Source: Sminthopsis crassicaudata
Lineage: Eukaryota
Length of the DNA stretch: 64,000 nucleotides
NCBI RefSeq assembly: GCF_048593235.1
Contig: NC_133617.1
Coordinates: forward strand, 673,486,958-673,550,957
Direction: 5' to 3'
Shown here: one piece after another, positions 17,200 through 30,179 of the stretch
How the letters are laid out: every line of letters begins with the position of its first letter
Numbering within the stretch: position 1 is the stretch's first letter
Position numbers and translations under genes: made by a program
Notes under the pieces: generated by a model
What the model was told of the DNA's origin: nothing
What the model saw: only the letters and a program-made list of their open reading frames with translations
Database searches by the model: none

Positions 17200-18300
17200 G
17201 ACTGGGGGCCGGCTCCTAGAGGATATGGAGGGGAGGAGGACAGAGCCGGGGACGGGGAGGAAGGCGGGGCGAGATGCGAGCAAGGATTTCGGGAGGCAAC
17301 GGACAGTCAGGACTGGCTGCCCGAAGGGGGCACGAGTCGGGGCGATACCTGGTGGGTTCAGAGGGTTCAATTCAGGCGGCTATGGGCCAGGGCCAGGGCC
17401 AGGGCCGGGGTGATTTACAGGGGGGCGGGCGCAGGGGCCGAACTGGGCGGGGAGGAGAAGGGCAAAGGGCTGGGGCAAGGCCCGCCCCAGTGAATGGCTG
17501 CCGGGCTCGGGCCCCAAGTGGCCGCCCTCTGGTGGCTGCACCCCGAGCTAGCAGGGACGGGAGGAGGCGGAACCCGCGCGTCGCTACTTCCCAGCCCGGC
17601 TCCGGGGCCTCCAATCTTCCCATCCAATCTGGGAAGGCTGCCCAAAAGGGGTGGGGCCTACGCTACCCTCTCTAATGGAGGCTGGGCTAAACTCGCGGGG
17701 ACCGCCCCCCCAACCCCGCCTCTAACAGGACCCCGGCCAGGCCCCCGCCCTTTCGCCCCCTCCCTCGTTCCTTCCCCGGGCTCTAGGCCTCATCCTTCCC
17801 AGAGGCCGGGGCCTGGGGAGCCCGAGAGGAAGGAGCGAGAGCCACGGCCCAGCCGGGCAGGGACACTTTGTAGCCAGTTCTACAACTCCGTTTTTGAGGG
17901 CCCGGTGACGCGGCGCCGTGCGGCGCCCTCATTGGCTGCTCCCTGCCCCGCCCTCCAAAAGAAATTAGCGTCCGCCGCGCGGAGACTGCCCCGCTTCTGC
18001 TAGGCTCGGGGCGGGGCGGGGCCCGGTGAGTGCGAGTATCGGTGGGACGGAGCGCCGGGGGCTGCTTGGGGGCTCCCGGGAAGGCCTGGCCCCTCGTAGC
18101 TCCCTGGGTTGGCCCTCGGTGGCTGAGACGTGGGTGTTCCCGCGTGGGTTTGCGCACAGGCGTGCAGACTGCGTGGGGCGGGGCCGCTGATCGTGTGTCC
18201 GGGGATTGATTACTCTGTGTGTGGAGGAGGGAGGGGGGCTTCTTGTGAGCTTTAGATTTTGTACCCCGGTGCCTTTATGAGGGATTTTGGGCCTAGGCGA
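17200..18300. promoter_or_regulatory. Bidirectional CpG-island promoter shared by ABHD14B (-) and ABHD14A (+)
   Basis: CpG-dense, with several GC boxes (about 17743, 17946, 18008-18022) and CCAAT/ATTGG words (17610, 17623, 17931). Outward-facing donors: minus CCAG|GTATCG at 17349/17348 and plus CCCG|GTGAGT at 18025/18026. Confidence 0.75.
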
Positions 18301-18535
18301 GGGCACTGCGCTGGGACTCCTGGGCCTTGCGGGGGGTGCCCTCAGCTTTGTACGCGCCAAGCGGGAGGAGGCTTAGGGTCCCAGAGAGAGTCGGAAGTCC
18401 AACTGCCTCGGTGAAAACTTAGACAGACAGATGGAACGCCAGTCTGCAGGGGCAGCTAGCTCCCCTAGTGGAGAGGGCACCGGCCCTGGAATCCGGACTT
18501 CACTACATTGGGCAAACATCTGTAAAATGAGCCCA

Positions 18536-18701
18536 GGGGCCGCTAGGTGGCGCTGTGGTTAGAGCACCAGCCCTGAAGTCAGGAGGACCCGAGTTCAAAA
18601 CTGGCCTCAGACACTTAACCCTTCCTGGCTGTGCGACCCTGGGCAAGTCACTTAACCTAACCCCAACTGCCTCAGGGGAAAAAAATAAATAGATAAATAA
18701 A
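18536..18701 (+). mobile_element. WSINE1-like tRNA/CORE SINE
   Basis: Head GGGGCCGCTAGGTGGCGCTGTGG, B box GAGTTCAAA, CORE GACCCTGGGCAAGTCACTTAAC and an (AAAT)n tail. TSD TAAAATGAGCC (18523-18533) / TAAAACGAGCC (18702-18712). Confidence 0.85.
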
Positions 18702-19531
18702 TAAAACGAGCCTGATAGGATTATCCGGCGTGATCGCCACCACAGTTGCGAAGTTCTTTTTGCCGTTATCCTTGAGCCGAGGCCAGCCAGCACCTGGCCC
18801 CGAGTCTGACACACAGCAACCCCCTGCGGGCCCCCTGGATGCTCTCGGCCACAGCAGCGCCTCAGGGTTTCTGGTCGTGGAGCCGGCCTGTGAACCAAGC
18901 CCTTCCCATTATTTCTGGGACCCTTAATTGCCAGGGCTGCCCCTCACTTGGAAGCCGTGGGTCTAAGATCGTCCCTTGCTAATAGGCCCCTCCCACTGGG
19001 GGCGGGGCTCTGGCTCTGAAGCGGGTCCCTCTCTTTGAAATTAAACTTCGGTTTGATTCCGGGATCTGTCCGTTAGGGCCCCCGCGGGTCAGGCCGCTGC
19101 GGGGATAACAAACGCCCCTCCTCTGATCCAGCTGTTTTCGGCATGCCCACCTCGCCGCGACCCCGCTGGGGCACCGGGTAAAGGTGCTGGCGCTCTGCCG
19201 TTTCCTTCTCCAGTTCGTTTCCCAGTGTAAGGGGCGCGCCGGGGGTGGGGTCTGAGGCCGAATGTGAACCCAGGCCCCTGCCTCCAGGCCTGGCGCGCTC
19301 TCCCCAGCAGTAGGATTGTTCCCCTGATTTTGCACATTTCCTGCGTTAGCTATTGCACTTTTTTCCATGTTGCTTCTAATTCTTCATATTCCCAGTTTCT
19401 TATCCCAAAATATTGTTCGTTAAATTCACAAACCACAATCTGGTCATTTCCCAGTAAATGCACCCATTGTGTTTACAGTTTTTATTATAATAATAAATAA
19501 CAAAGTAAATAATGATGTAGAACTTACTGGC

Positions 19532-19685
19532 TTATTTATTTATTTATTTTGCTGAGGCAGTTGGGGTTAAGTGACTTGCTCAGGGTCACCCAGCCAGGAA
19601 GTGTTAAGTGTCTGAGGCTAAATTTGAACTCAGGTCCTCCTGAATTCAGGGCTGGTGCTCTATCCACAGCGCCACCTAGCGGCTT
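19532..19685 (-). mobile_element. WSINE1-like SINE
   Basis: Reverse-complement copy of the same family with a (TTTA)n tail. Confidence 0.85.
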
Positions 19686-19699
19686 CCTCCCTCCCATTA

Positions 19700-20980
19700 C
19701 ATTTAAAACAATTTTTTGTTTTTAAAACTTCTGAGTTCTAGTTTCTCTCCCTTATCCCACTCCCAGCCCCCCTTAAGAAGCCATATGTGAAGTTACATAA
19801 AACATTTCCATAAAAGTCATGTTGTGAAAGAAAACATACATCTTCCACTCTAATTTAAAAATTTAAATAAAATAAATTTAAATAAAAAATAAATTTTAAA
19901 AAATTTAAAAATCCTCAAGAAAAATAAAGTTAAGCGAGAGCGAGTACACTTCAGTCTGATTCAGACACAGCCGGTTCCTTCTCTGGATAGAGCCGGGGAT
20001 TTTTCATCCTGGGGCTTTCAGATAGTCACGGATCATGATGTTGCTGAGAAGACCAAAGTCATTCACAGCTGGCGATCCCAAAGCACTGCTGTTACTTTGC
20101 TTGAGTTCATGGAGGACTTTCCCAATTGTTTTGTTTTTTCCCTGGGAGCATCCTGATAGAACTTAGGAGGTACCAAGAATCGTGCTTAAGAACTTCACAT
20201 TTATTATTATAATGAGCCTCATGACCACCCTGGGAGATGGGTGCTATTATTATTATCCCCATTTTATAGATGAGGAAGCTGAGAAAAACTGGGGAAGTGG
20301 CTTGTCCGGGGTCACCGTGAGGACCTGAGGGGCAGTTTGAGCTCAGCCGCCCCCACTTCGGCCCGCTGCCCCATCTGGCTGCTGACTGGAGGAGAGTAAC
20401 GCTGTGACTTTGCCCGGGTCCGCCTCACTCAGATCCAATTCACAGCCAGTCCAGATACACCCCTGTGTGCCATCTGTCCCCTTCGAGAACAACCACCAAA
20501 GTGCTGCTATGAATATCTCGGGAGTATATATGGAACCTTTGTGGCTTTTTACCTCCTTAGGGTAAAGGGAATGAACTCTTCCCATGTGACTCCAGCTTGT
20601 TTTCCACAATGTATGAACCAATTCCCCAACTGTTCCACCAATGTCTTCCCATAGTCTCCCATAGATGGAGACATCTTTAGTCATTATTGCCACTTTGATA
20701 GGGTGAGGTAAAATTCCAAGGTTGTTTTAATTTGCATTTCTCTTATTTAAAATTATTTGGGAATTTTTCCATAGTTTATAGTTTTCCCTCCCAAACCACA
20801 AACTGTTCATTCATAGTCTTTGAATGTTTTTTTTTTGATTGCCCTTTTATTTTTCACCAGAGCAATTTAATGCAAAGATTTTTCTCCTGATCAACTATTT
20901 CTCTTATTCTAGTTGCATTGATCGTATTTTTAAATGTTATATAGCTGAAAGTGTCTATTTTTGCTTTTATGATCACTCCA
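19700..20980 (-). mobile_element. Degenerate L1 3'-end fragments, interrupted by a MIR/MAR1-type SINE at about 20180-20345
   Basis: L1 3'UTR-like words on the minus strand, similar to the copies at 35.6 kb and 50.7-51.8 kb. Confidence 0.55.
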
Positions 20981-21469
20981 TCCCTTGTTTGGTTAAGAAT
21001 CCCAATCCTAAATCCCTTTTCCCAGGACATAGTTGTGAAAGGCAATCCAGGTACACTGTCCTATGGGCTCCGGCATCTAGTCTCTTTGACTTTACCCAGT
21101 TGGTCCTCCCATGTCTGCATTGCTCCCTGTCCCTTCCCCCACTCCCTTCTTCTCCCTCCTTCCCTTTTCCTTCCTCCCCTACTTCTCGGTCTCCATGCTT
21201 CAGCTTCCTTCAATCTCACCCTCTGCTGGAGGCCTTTCCCCTCTCTCCACCCTCTCCTTCCCACCAATGATTTCCTTTCCACCTAATCTGTATTAATCTC
21301 GCGTGTACCTGGTTATCTTACATGCAGTCTCCCCCACTAGAACATGGGCTCCTTAGAAGCTTAGGGCTGTTTTTGCCTTTTTCTGGCTATCCTCAGCCCT
21401 TAGTAATTGGCAAGGAGTAAGTAAGTAAGGTGATCCAGGGATGTACTGATTATTAGGGCAGTTAGGAGT

Positions 21470-22030
21470 GCAATGAATAGAGTTCTGGGCCTGGAGTCAG
21501 GAAGATATGAATGAGTCCAAATCTAGCCCCACACACTCCTATTTGGGGCCCTCTGGACAAGTCACTTAACTTCTGTCTGCCTGGTTTCTCCATCTGTAAA
21601 ATGGGGGTGGCACAGTGAATAGAAAGGCAGACCTGGAGTCAGGAAAAGTCATCTTCCTCAGTCCAAATCTGGCCTCAGATACTAGTTGTGTGATTCTGGA
21701 TAACTTAACCCTATTTGTCTCAGTTTCCTCATCTGTAAAATAAGCTGGAAGAGAAAATGGCAAACAGCTCCATCTCTCTCTGCCAAAAAAACTCCAATTG
21801 GGGTCACAAAGAGTCAACCGTGACTGAAGTGACCCATCAACTAAATGAAGGTGATAATAATAGCACCTACCCCAAACTTACTAGTTGTATATCCCTGAGC
21901 GACTTCTCCCTGTTTGCCTCAGTTTCCTAACCTGATCTGAAGAAGGAAATGGCAAACCACTTCAGTATCCTTGCCAAGAAAACCCCAGATGGGATCACAA
22001 AGAATCAGACCCAACTGAAATGACAATTCA
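21470..22030 (+). mobile_element. Cluster of MIR/MAR1-type SINEs with RTE-like tails
   Basis: Repeated CORE motifs (CCTCAGTTTCCTCATCTGTAAAAT) and two tails of the type GGAAATGGCAAACCAC...GCCAAGAAAACCCC...GACTGAA. Confidence 0.7.
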
Positions 22031-22999
22031 GATCCAAATGAAACAAAAAAAAAGTGTAAAGGGCAGTGTGTTATAGGTGATAGAAGCTGTGTTCTATGCC
22101 AGGGATATTGGGTAACAAAACTGCCAGGCTAATAATCGGTACCCCCAAAGCCTGGGAACTTTTCTCAAGAGTGGAGGTGGGCTGTCCCAGAAATGACTGA
22201 GGCAGGGCCAAATTCAGGTTGTGGTAAACACAAGGTTTTAACCAGATTAAGAGTCTTTGGGATTAGTAGGCAGGGGGTAGATGAGGGTAGAGTGGGGTTA
22301 AGGAAGGAAGTGAGTTAGGGAAGGTTAGAATCTTTCCACTTTAGATTCTATGCCAGAGGGATTATCTGTAATCCAGGAACATTTGAGCCAAGTAATCCAG
22401 TTGCCTCCAGGGAAGTGACTTTTTAGATTTCATACGGTTAGCAAGTAACAGCTGGAATTCAGTCCCAGACTTTTGGACTGAAAATCCAATGTTCTTTCTC
22501 CATAGCTGAGTGGAGAGACTGCTGGACTTGGAATCATGAAGAACTGAGTTCAACTTCTGCCTCAGGTGATTACTTCTCTCAACCTCAGGATGTAAAATGG
22601 AGATGATAATAGTGTCTACCTCACAGTGTAGCCATGAGGAGCAAATGAAATTATATGTGTAAAGCATTTTGCAAATCTTAAAGCACCATATAAGTGTTAG
22701 CTGTTATTTTTATCCCAATTTTATAAATATTCAGGAGCCTTAGAGTATAAGGCTGGAAGGAACTCTAGATTAATTCAGTTGTTTTAATTTACAGAAAAGA
22801 AAACGGAGTCCCAGAAAGAGAGGAAGGAGTTTACCAAGACCACACAAGTGGCAAGTGGTATATAGCCAAGCTTTTTGTCCTAAATCCTCCAATTCCACTT
22901 AATAGAATTTTGTTTCTTTCTAATTATATATGAAAACAATTTTTAACATTCACTTTTATAAGATTTTGATTTTCAGTTTTTGACACTTGAGCCAATGAC

Positions 23000-24020
23000 T
23001 TTGGAGAGGGCACTTTTAACTGAATGATGACATCAGAAGGCATTGCTGAGAGTTTAAAAAAGAGGCAAAGCATTTAGTGTAGATGGCTTTCTCAAGGAAT
23101 TTAACCACAAAAAGGAAAAGAGATAAAGGATTATAGCTAGCAGAGGTGGCAGGATCAAGAGCGAGTTTATTAAGGTTTGGGAAGACACGGATAAGTTTGT
23201 AGGTAGCAAGGAGACAGCAGATAGGAAAAGCTTGAAGATAATCTAGAGAGTGGGGATGATGGAAGAGAGAAGCAGAAAGGGTACATACAGAAGGATTAAC
23301 TTGGCCAAGGAAAAAGGCCACGTCTTTATCAGATAGCTGAGTAAAGGAAGAAATAATGAAGGAAAATGTCTTAATAATGTGAGAAAAAGTGGAGCGGGAG
23401 AGAGCTCCCAGCAAATGTTTTTATTTTTTTATTTTTTCAGGGAAGTGTGAGTCTGGGAGATGTCAACCTAGAGGATTAGGGGAGGGGGGTGACATGCTGT
23501 GCTTGAAGAGAGACAGGAAAGCATGGAAAAGACTGTGTGGAAAGTGAAAACACCCTGAGGATATATAGATAGCTATCTGGATTCTGCAATAAATTTGAAT
23601 GGAGTGAAATTCCATGAACAGATTATCTAGTGAAGGTGGTAGAGGGAGATTCTGGCTTTAGGAGCATTTCAACTTCCCTACTTTCATGATTGGTGGATAT
23701 GAGAGAAAGTGTAGTCAGTACCAGAGGAAAGCCTGTTAAGGAAAGTGGGTTTCATCAGGAGGGAGACAGGTCTCAGTGAGGATCAGAAGATGGAAGGAGG
23801 GTCAGAGAAAGGAAGAGGTTTGAAATGAAAGGAAATATATTCATTCTGAAGCAGGCATTCCAGAAGACCCACTGGATGGGGTGGGCAGAGCTGAACTGAA
23901 CACCATGAAGCAGGGTGGAAGAAGATGATAGCAGGGATGCAGCAAGTTAGGGGGGAAGGAACAAGGTAAAGAACAGGGAGTTCAGAATTCCTGGGATGGA
24001 TAAAATGTCTTAGACTGAAC
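23000..24020 (-). mobile_element. Ancient L2 LINE fragment
   Basis: Purine-rich degenerate sequence of L2 character; no intact ORF. Confidence 0.5.
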
Positions 24021-25098
24021 CCCAATAACCAAGAGTCTGTCAGAGTCTGTTCTGGGTTTGGAAAACAGACAGAGAGAAGTCAGGTTCAAGTAGAATTCTC
24101 TTGCTCAGGGCTGGTTTTGTGCTTCTTTTTTTACCAATTTTCCCTTTGCCTATTACCAAATATTCCTTTGCTGAAGGGTGGCAGGTATTTCTCTCTCTTC
24201 CATGCTGATTTCCAGAGGGGGCAACACAGGACAGGGCACCTCCACAGTTTTGTGGACTGGCAGTCAACTGGACTGACACTGTTTCCAGGCATTGGGCAGG
24301 AGAGGTGCTGTAAGCTGGGTCCTCTCCACATATTGGGATGAAAGGGACTTTCTGTGATTTGGACCAGTGAGCTCAAGGGACACTCTATGTAGTGATATGA
24401 AGTCCATGCGGGGGGCATATTTTGGGTTCAATGGCCATAGTGTCTGTAGTTCAGAGACTGCTAAGCAGGGGTGGGGCAAGGGCAAGGTCTGTCTGTCTAA
24501 GAGATATGTAAGGGATGAGATGCATGTGGAGATGTATGTAAGACACATACATCTGTGCCTGCAGAGAATAGTCTGTGGGTAAAACCATTTGTAAGGACCC
24601 TTGTGTTCCTGAGAAAGGGATATAGAATCAGGGGGCCGGGCACTTGGGATAATGATGTTCTTCCCAGGATTCTCTGCAAGTGGTCTCGCAGCCATCACTG
24701 GCTCCAAGCAGCTGCAGGTTACTCTATTGGCAAGTAGAGTCGGGGGACCCATTCATTAGGATGCTCAGTGTGTATATGTGTGTGGAGGGGTGTACCTTTA
24801 GTATGTATCCTTGAGAACCCAGAAGCCTTTGCCTGCGGGGCCTAAGAGGCCCATCTCTACTTGAACCTGTTCACACTCCAAGCCTGGAGAATGAGGGAGC
24901 TGCTCTGAGACTGAACTGGGAGTTCCTGGCCCCAGGGCCACCCTAAAACTAACCTGGGCTCTGACTACCCTTGGGGGATGGGCTAGAACCCTTTCTCTAG
25001 CCAGAGGTTCCAGTGGGGTCAGTTAGATGTAGAGTCCGTTGAGAAGTGTGTGTGGGAAGTCCTTCCCTGACTCTCAGCCGTCCTGTTCCCTGCAGGGC

Positions 25099-27449
25099 AT
25101 GCAGGGTACCCCAAAACTGCCCAAAGGGGTCCTGCTGGCCCTGGGCCTGCTCCTGACTATTCTGCTCTACCTGGGACTGCCTAGTCTCCCCCAGCCGCTC
25201 ATCTGGACCCGGGACAGAGATAATGTCACCATCCTGGCTGGTCTTACACACAGCAACTCCTCGCTTTTCTACAGGGAGGTGCAGCCCCTTCACAGGCCAC
25301 ATAGGTGCGTGTCCTTTCTACTCAGCCCAGCCACCCCAACCTGGATAACAGAGCCCCCTCCATCATGGTCCTGGCCTCTCAGGGCCCGGTCCCTCCCTGC
25401 TCTGGCTGGTGCCTGGCCTCCATACCCTCAGCCAGGCACCTTCACAGCTGGGTCTGAATCCTAGGTTTGCCTTGAACTCCCTGGATGACCTTTAAAGAAA
25501 AACCCCGGCTTTCGAGTCAAGGGACTTGGTCCGAATGCCAACTCTTCAGCCTAGGGCCTGGGTGACCCTGACCAAATGCTGTGTCCTCTCTGAGTGGAGA
25601 TTTTCTCATCTGAAAAGTGGTCCTCTCCAGCTCTGACTCCTGAGAACGAGGAAGTCCATTACTTCTCTCAGCATCAGTTTTCCCTTTTGTGAAATGGGGA
25701 TCAGAGTTCTGGCACTGTCCATCTCATAAGATCAGATGAGAAAATGTGTGGGATGAAGTGCTTTTGTAAAGTGCTCTCTTAATCTGAATGCTGCCTTTCT
25801 TGGGCTCATCTCTTCATACTATCCCCCTATCTCCAATGGGACAGACTCCAGCCTTGATATCCTATCTAACAGAAAGGGGGGCAGAGGAGGAGGAGGAGGG
25901 TTGAAGCTTCTAGGGAGAGGTGGGGAGGGGGAGGGAAGGAGCTTCCAAACTAAATGGAAATCCTCTAAAGGTCAGTGTGGGGAAGCACAGCTTTCTCACC
26001 CAACTAGACTTTTCCCTTTGCCTCTCCTCAGGGTGGGGGCCCTGTCTGAGTTGGTCTGAGGCTGGGGAGCCCAAGGTGAAGAAGGGGGTGTCAAGCTTCT
26101 TGAACCACAAGGTCATGCACCTTGACTTTCCACAGGATCGAGGTGGTGTTACTACATGGAAAGGCCTTCACTTCACACATCTGGCAGCAGCTGGGGACCC
26201 TGGAGATATTGTCCCGAAGGGGCTACCGGGCCATTGCTCTAGATCTCCCTGGTGAGAGCCAGGATCCCAGGGAGGGATCTTCAACGATTCAGAGAAGTGT
26301 TGGAAATGAGGGGGAAATTTGGAAGGGCTATGAGAAGCCTCCAAATCCCATGTTCTCTATGTCTCTCTTCCTCCCCTCCCCGCCCCACATCCTACCTCCC
26401 AGGTTTTGGGAACTCGTTCCCCTTACCTGCAGCCCGCACAGAGGCCGGACGGGCAGATCTCTTGCATCAAGTTCTGCAGGACCTGAAGGTAAAAAACCTT
26501 GTGCTGGTCAGTCCCTCCTTGAGCGGCCTTTACTCTCTGCCCTTCCTGATGCGAACTCACCAGCAGCTGTGTGGATTTGTCCCCATTGCTCCCACCTTCA
26601 CTGAGAATTACACATACAAGCAGTTCTCAGCCATCAAGGTATGTCTGATGAGTGGGTGCATGGACTGGGGTGGGGGGGAGCATGATGTGTTAATGGGAGC
26701 CCCTGCTCAGAGGGGGTACAGCTTCTAGAAGAGACCTCAGGGACCATTGAGTCCAACCCTTTTGTTTTTAAGAAAACAGGCCCAGGGAGGACTAGTAAGT
26801 ATAAGAGACTGGATTTGAACCCAGTCCTTGAATTCTGAAGCCACATTATCCTGCAGCCTCCTTTTGCGATCCTGTCCTTAGGGGGCCTTGGGCTGAGGAG
26901 ATGTGAGAGAAGAATGAAAGTGTTGAAGTTGAAGGATATAGGTTAAAGTTGTGGCTGTGCTGCTTTCTACTAAGCCACTGAACCTCTCTAGAGCTCATAG
27001 TTTCCATTCTGTGATCTCCCTTCTTCTAAGAAGGGGGGAGACATTATCCCATCCTCAGGGAGCCCCCCCAGAACCAGGGGGGAAGCAAGCTGGAGGACAC
27101 TCACCAGGGACTAAGGGAGCAGCTGTGGGCATATATGCTACTCTGTATAAGGCTCCAGCCTGGGGGATGGGAGAGAAGACAACTTCCTGTCTGACCTGGG
27201 GGGCCCCTGCTCTGGGTCTCACCTAGTTCAGGCTTCTTCCTTCCTCCCCGACATCCCCATCTACAGACACCTACACTTATTGTATACGGAGCTCTAGACA
27301 AAGGCCTGGCCCAGGAGTCTCTGCACAAGCTGCAGTACCTCCCCAACCACTCGACGGTGAGGTTGCAGGACGCTGGCCACGCTTGTTACCTCCACCAGCC
27401 CCATGACTTCCATGATGCCCTGCTCACCTTCCTGGACAAGCTGTCATGA
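25099..27449 (+). CDS. ABHD14A: Alpha/beta hydrolase domain-containing protein 14A (type II signal-anchor), 246 aa from the exon-2 ATG
   Basis: Exons 25099-25304 ([29 protein letters not shown]...[28 protein letters not shown]), 26136-26251 ([22 protein letters not shown]...ALDLP-G), 26403-26638 (FGNS...[15 protein letters not shown]...SAIK) and 27267-27449 ([11 protein letters not shown]...[25 protein letters not shown]). Phases are consistent, introns are GT-AG, and the triad Ser/Asp/His is present. Confidence 0.95.
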
Positions 27450-27657
27450 AGTCTGCGCTTCTGTGACCACTGGCCTTTCTCTAGGTGGAGCAGGATGGGT
27501 CCCGGATCCCAAGAGACTGGGGGAGGGTTCAGAGGACCTTTGCAAGACAATGCCTTCCTGTTCCCCAGTACCACAGAGGGAGAAGAGGAGGCAGGTGCGG
27601 CTGGGATCGCATGGTTGCCCTCTTGGGGTTTTGCCAACCCCCACTCACTTGGACTTT

Positions 27658-27663
27658 AATAAA
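27658..27663 (+). terminator. ABHD14A polyadenylation signal
   Basis: AATAAA about 210 nt after the stop, followed by T/G-rich sequence. Confidence 0.75.
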
Positions 27664-28382
27664 TGAACTTTGTCTGCTTCCAGGGTATACATCCTGTTTG
27701 AAGGTGGGGAGGGCATGAGGTGAGTGGGAAGACCATGAAGGAAGGATGGACTCTGGGACAGTTCACCCCACTCCCATTCAGCATCTGAAGTTGTTTAGGG
27801 TTCTGAGGATGGGGTGATGAACTAAGGCAGTGAACTCCGGACTCAAGAACCAGGAGAACCTGAGTCCTGTTCACAGAAGCCTCTGCCCTTAACTGGCTGT
27901 GTCCTTTCCTGGCTGGTTTCTTGGTCTATAAAATGAGGAGGTGGGAATCACAGACTCTTGAAGTGGGTAGACATCCCAGCAGCTGCCTAGAATAACTCAA
28001 ACCCCCTTATCAACATAACTGAGAAGGCTTTATTTAGTCTGTGCTTTGAGAAAAGGTCTTCTAAAGAAACTCCAGGGTTGCCTCAGAATAATAGCTGGCT
28101 GTGTGAGGTTGGCAAAGCACATTGTCTATTATTCTATTCTCACAATGATCTTGGGAGGTAAGAATTATTATCCTCATTTCACAGAGAAAGAAACTAAGAC
28201 TGGGAGAGGTTTGAAGTGATTTGCCCAGTCACTCAGCTAGGAAACAGCCGATGCAGGGTTTGAACTGCTCCTTCCTGTTACCCAGTCCAGCCCTCTCCAA
28301 ACTCTTACTGCTTAGACTAACAAACTTGGGGCAAACAACAGAAGACAGGGGCCTGTTACCCCACAGAGATGGTTGACTAGGG

Positions 28383-28567
28383 TAAGGCTTCTTAAACTTT
28401 TTCCCCTTGTGATCCCTTTTCACCTGAGAAATTTTTTCTTGCCCTTGGGTAGTATCTAGGTATATGAAATAAGTTTACAAATCAAACATTTGCTGATAAT
28501 CATAATTTTGCATCCCTACATTGTTACCCCAGGTGGGACTACAAACCACAATTTTAAGAAAAGAAGC
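28383..28567. mobile_element. Probable hAT-type MITE
   Basis: Starts GGCTTCTTAAACTTTTT and ends TTTAAGAAAAGAAGCT (imperfect terminal inverted repeat). Confidence 0.4.
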
Positions 28568-29599
28568 TAGGCTCTAGGGCACTCAAAAGATGGCCTCTGG
28601 TCTAACTCCAAATCAAACACAGAAGCTGGAAGGGACTCCACAGACTGAGAGTTCTGATCCCTGAGGCTTTTTTCCTTTGACCCGTGGTTCTGTGACTTTT
28701 TGCTGGGGTCTTCGAGTTGGGGGATTGGAGTAGTTGACCTCACACTGCACGCTCAAAAGTCCTGGGAATCAGAGAAAGAATTGGGACAAAGGATCTCCGG
28801 ACTTGGAGAGGGAAACAGAGCAAGTAAATCATTTCAGGCCCATCCCAAACCCTAGACTGTGCTGAATGGGTAAGTATCTTCCCCACCCTCCATAAGCACA
28901 CAAATCTGCTGGGATAAACAAACCTGGCCCCTGTACTGGAAGCTCAAGCACGCACACACACACCCACACACCCACACATACCCACCCACCCATATAACCT
29001 GAGGGAGCTGACTCAGCATTTGGCACAGGGGAAGGGGTAGAGGAAGAGGACAGGAAAATTAATTCAAGGGCCTCCCAAGGTGAACTGTTCAGAGAGCAAA
29101 GGGCATGTGGTCGTACTTTGGAGCATATTGACATATACTCTTGCACACATCCATGTACTCAGTACCATTAGGATCCCAAAACCCGGCAGTGGCTAGTCTC
29201 GGGGCCTGATCCATGAATTTCATTGTCTGGCTTTCCCCAGAGTCACACCAAGTGGGATGCCCACTCAAGACCATGTACCAAGGCAGGTTTCTGGAACATC
29301 TAGGCACATGGCTTCACAAAGAATACAATGTATATAGTACCTTAAGTTTTGCAAAATATTTTACAAATATTGTCCCGTGATCCTTACAACCCTGGCCGGT
29401 GAATGGTATTATATCCTGATTTTACAGATGGGGAAACTGAGGCATGCAGAATAAAATGTATTATCCAGGGTCATAGATGTAGAGTCAGGTGTCATAGTTT
29501 TATAGAATTATATCTGTTGGGGACTTGGATGGTCTGGGTCTGTTGGGAACAGAGACAAGACAGTTGTACTATTTATAGATTTTATCCAGTACAGTGTTG

Positions 29600-29990
29600 A
29601 TAGGAGATGCTTGTGCACACAAGCATTAAGCGTCTATGACGTGCTTGGACCCTGGTATTCCCAGGGGACACAAAGATAAAATCAAAATAGCTCCTGCCCT
29701 CAAGGAGTTTACAGTCTGCTGGAGGAGGAGACAGAGCTGGAGATGATTTGTGCAGACAAACATAAGGCATATATGATACACTACAAAATAGTGTTTAAAA
29801 ATGTGGGATCCGGAGGGGTCCAGGGTAGTTGGCGCTTAAGCTGTATCTTGGAAGGGGGCGAGCTGTCACAAGGGCCCCCCCTTGGGGGGAGGGAGGCATT
29901 TCATGGGGGAACTTCGCGTATAAAGGTACAGGGAGAAAAATGTCTCCTTGAGAACCTGAAAGGCCAGTTTGTGGTGGAGGGCAAGCTTTA
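29600..29990 (-). mobile_element. L2 3'-end remnant
   Basis: Typical L2 tail words: AAGCATTAAGCGTCTATG...CCTGCCCTCAAGGAGTTTACAGTCT. Confidence 0.55.
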
Positions 29991-30179
29991 GCCGTTGATT
30001 AATTGGATCAGGGAGATAAGGAGAGGGAGGACTGGGGTTGCCTCCAGGAGTTCACAGTTGGGTTTCCTGGCGAGGAGAAAGGTGCCTTCTGCAGAAGTGG
30101 CTTTGGGGACCGGAGAGTTCTGTGCGGAAATGAACGGGAGACCGGCGGACACAGAGGCCGTGTTGGTGAGAGAGCTAAG

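Noticed and set aside
16684-18003. Long overlapping ORFs in the ABHD14A/B promoter
   Set aside because: GC-content artefact; low-complexity translations.
13223-27449. Gene conversion between ABHD14A and ABHD14B (shared TPTLIVYG and QLCG peptides)
   Set aside because: The codons differ at nearly every synonymous position (ACT CCC ACC CTG ATC GTG TAT vs ACA CCT ACA CTT ATT GTA TAC), so the identity is at protein level only.
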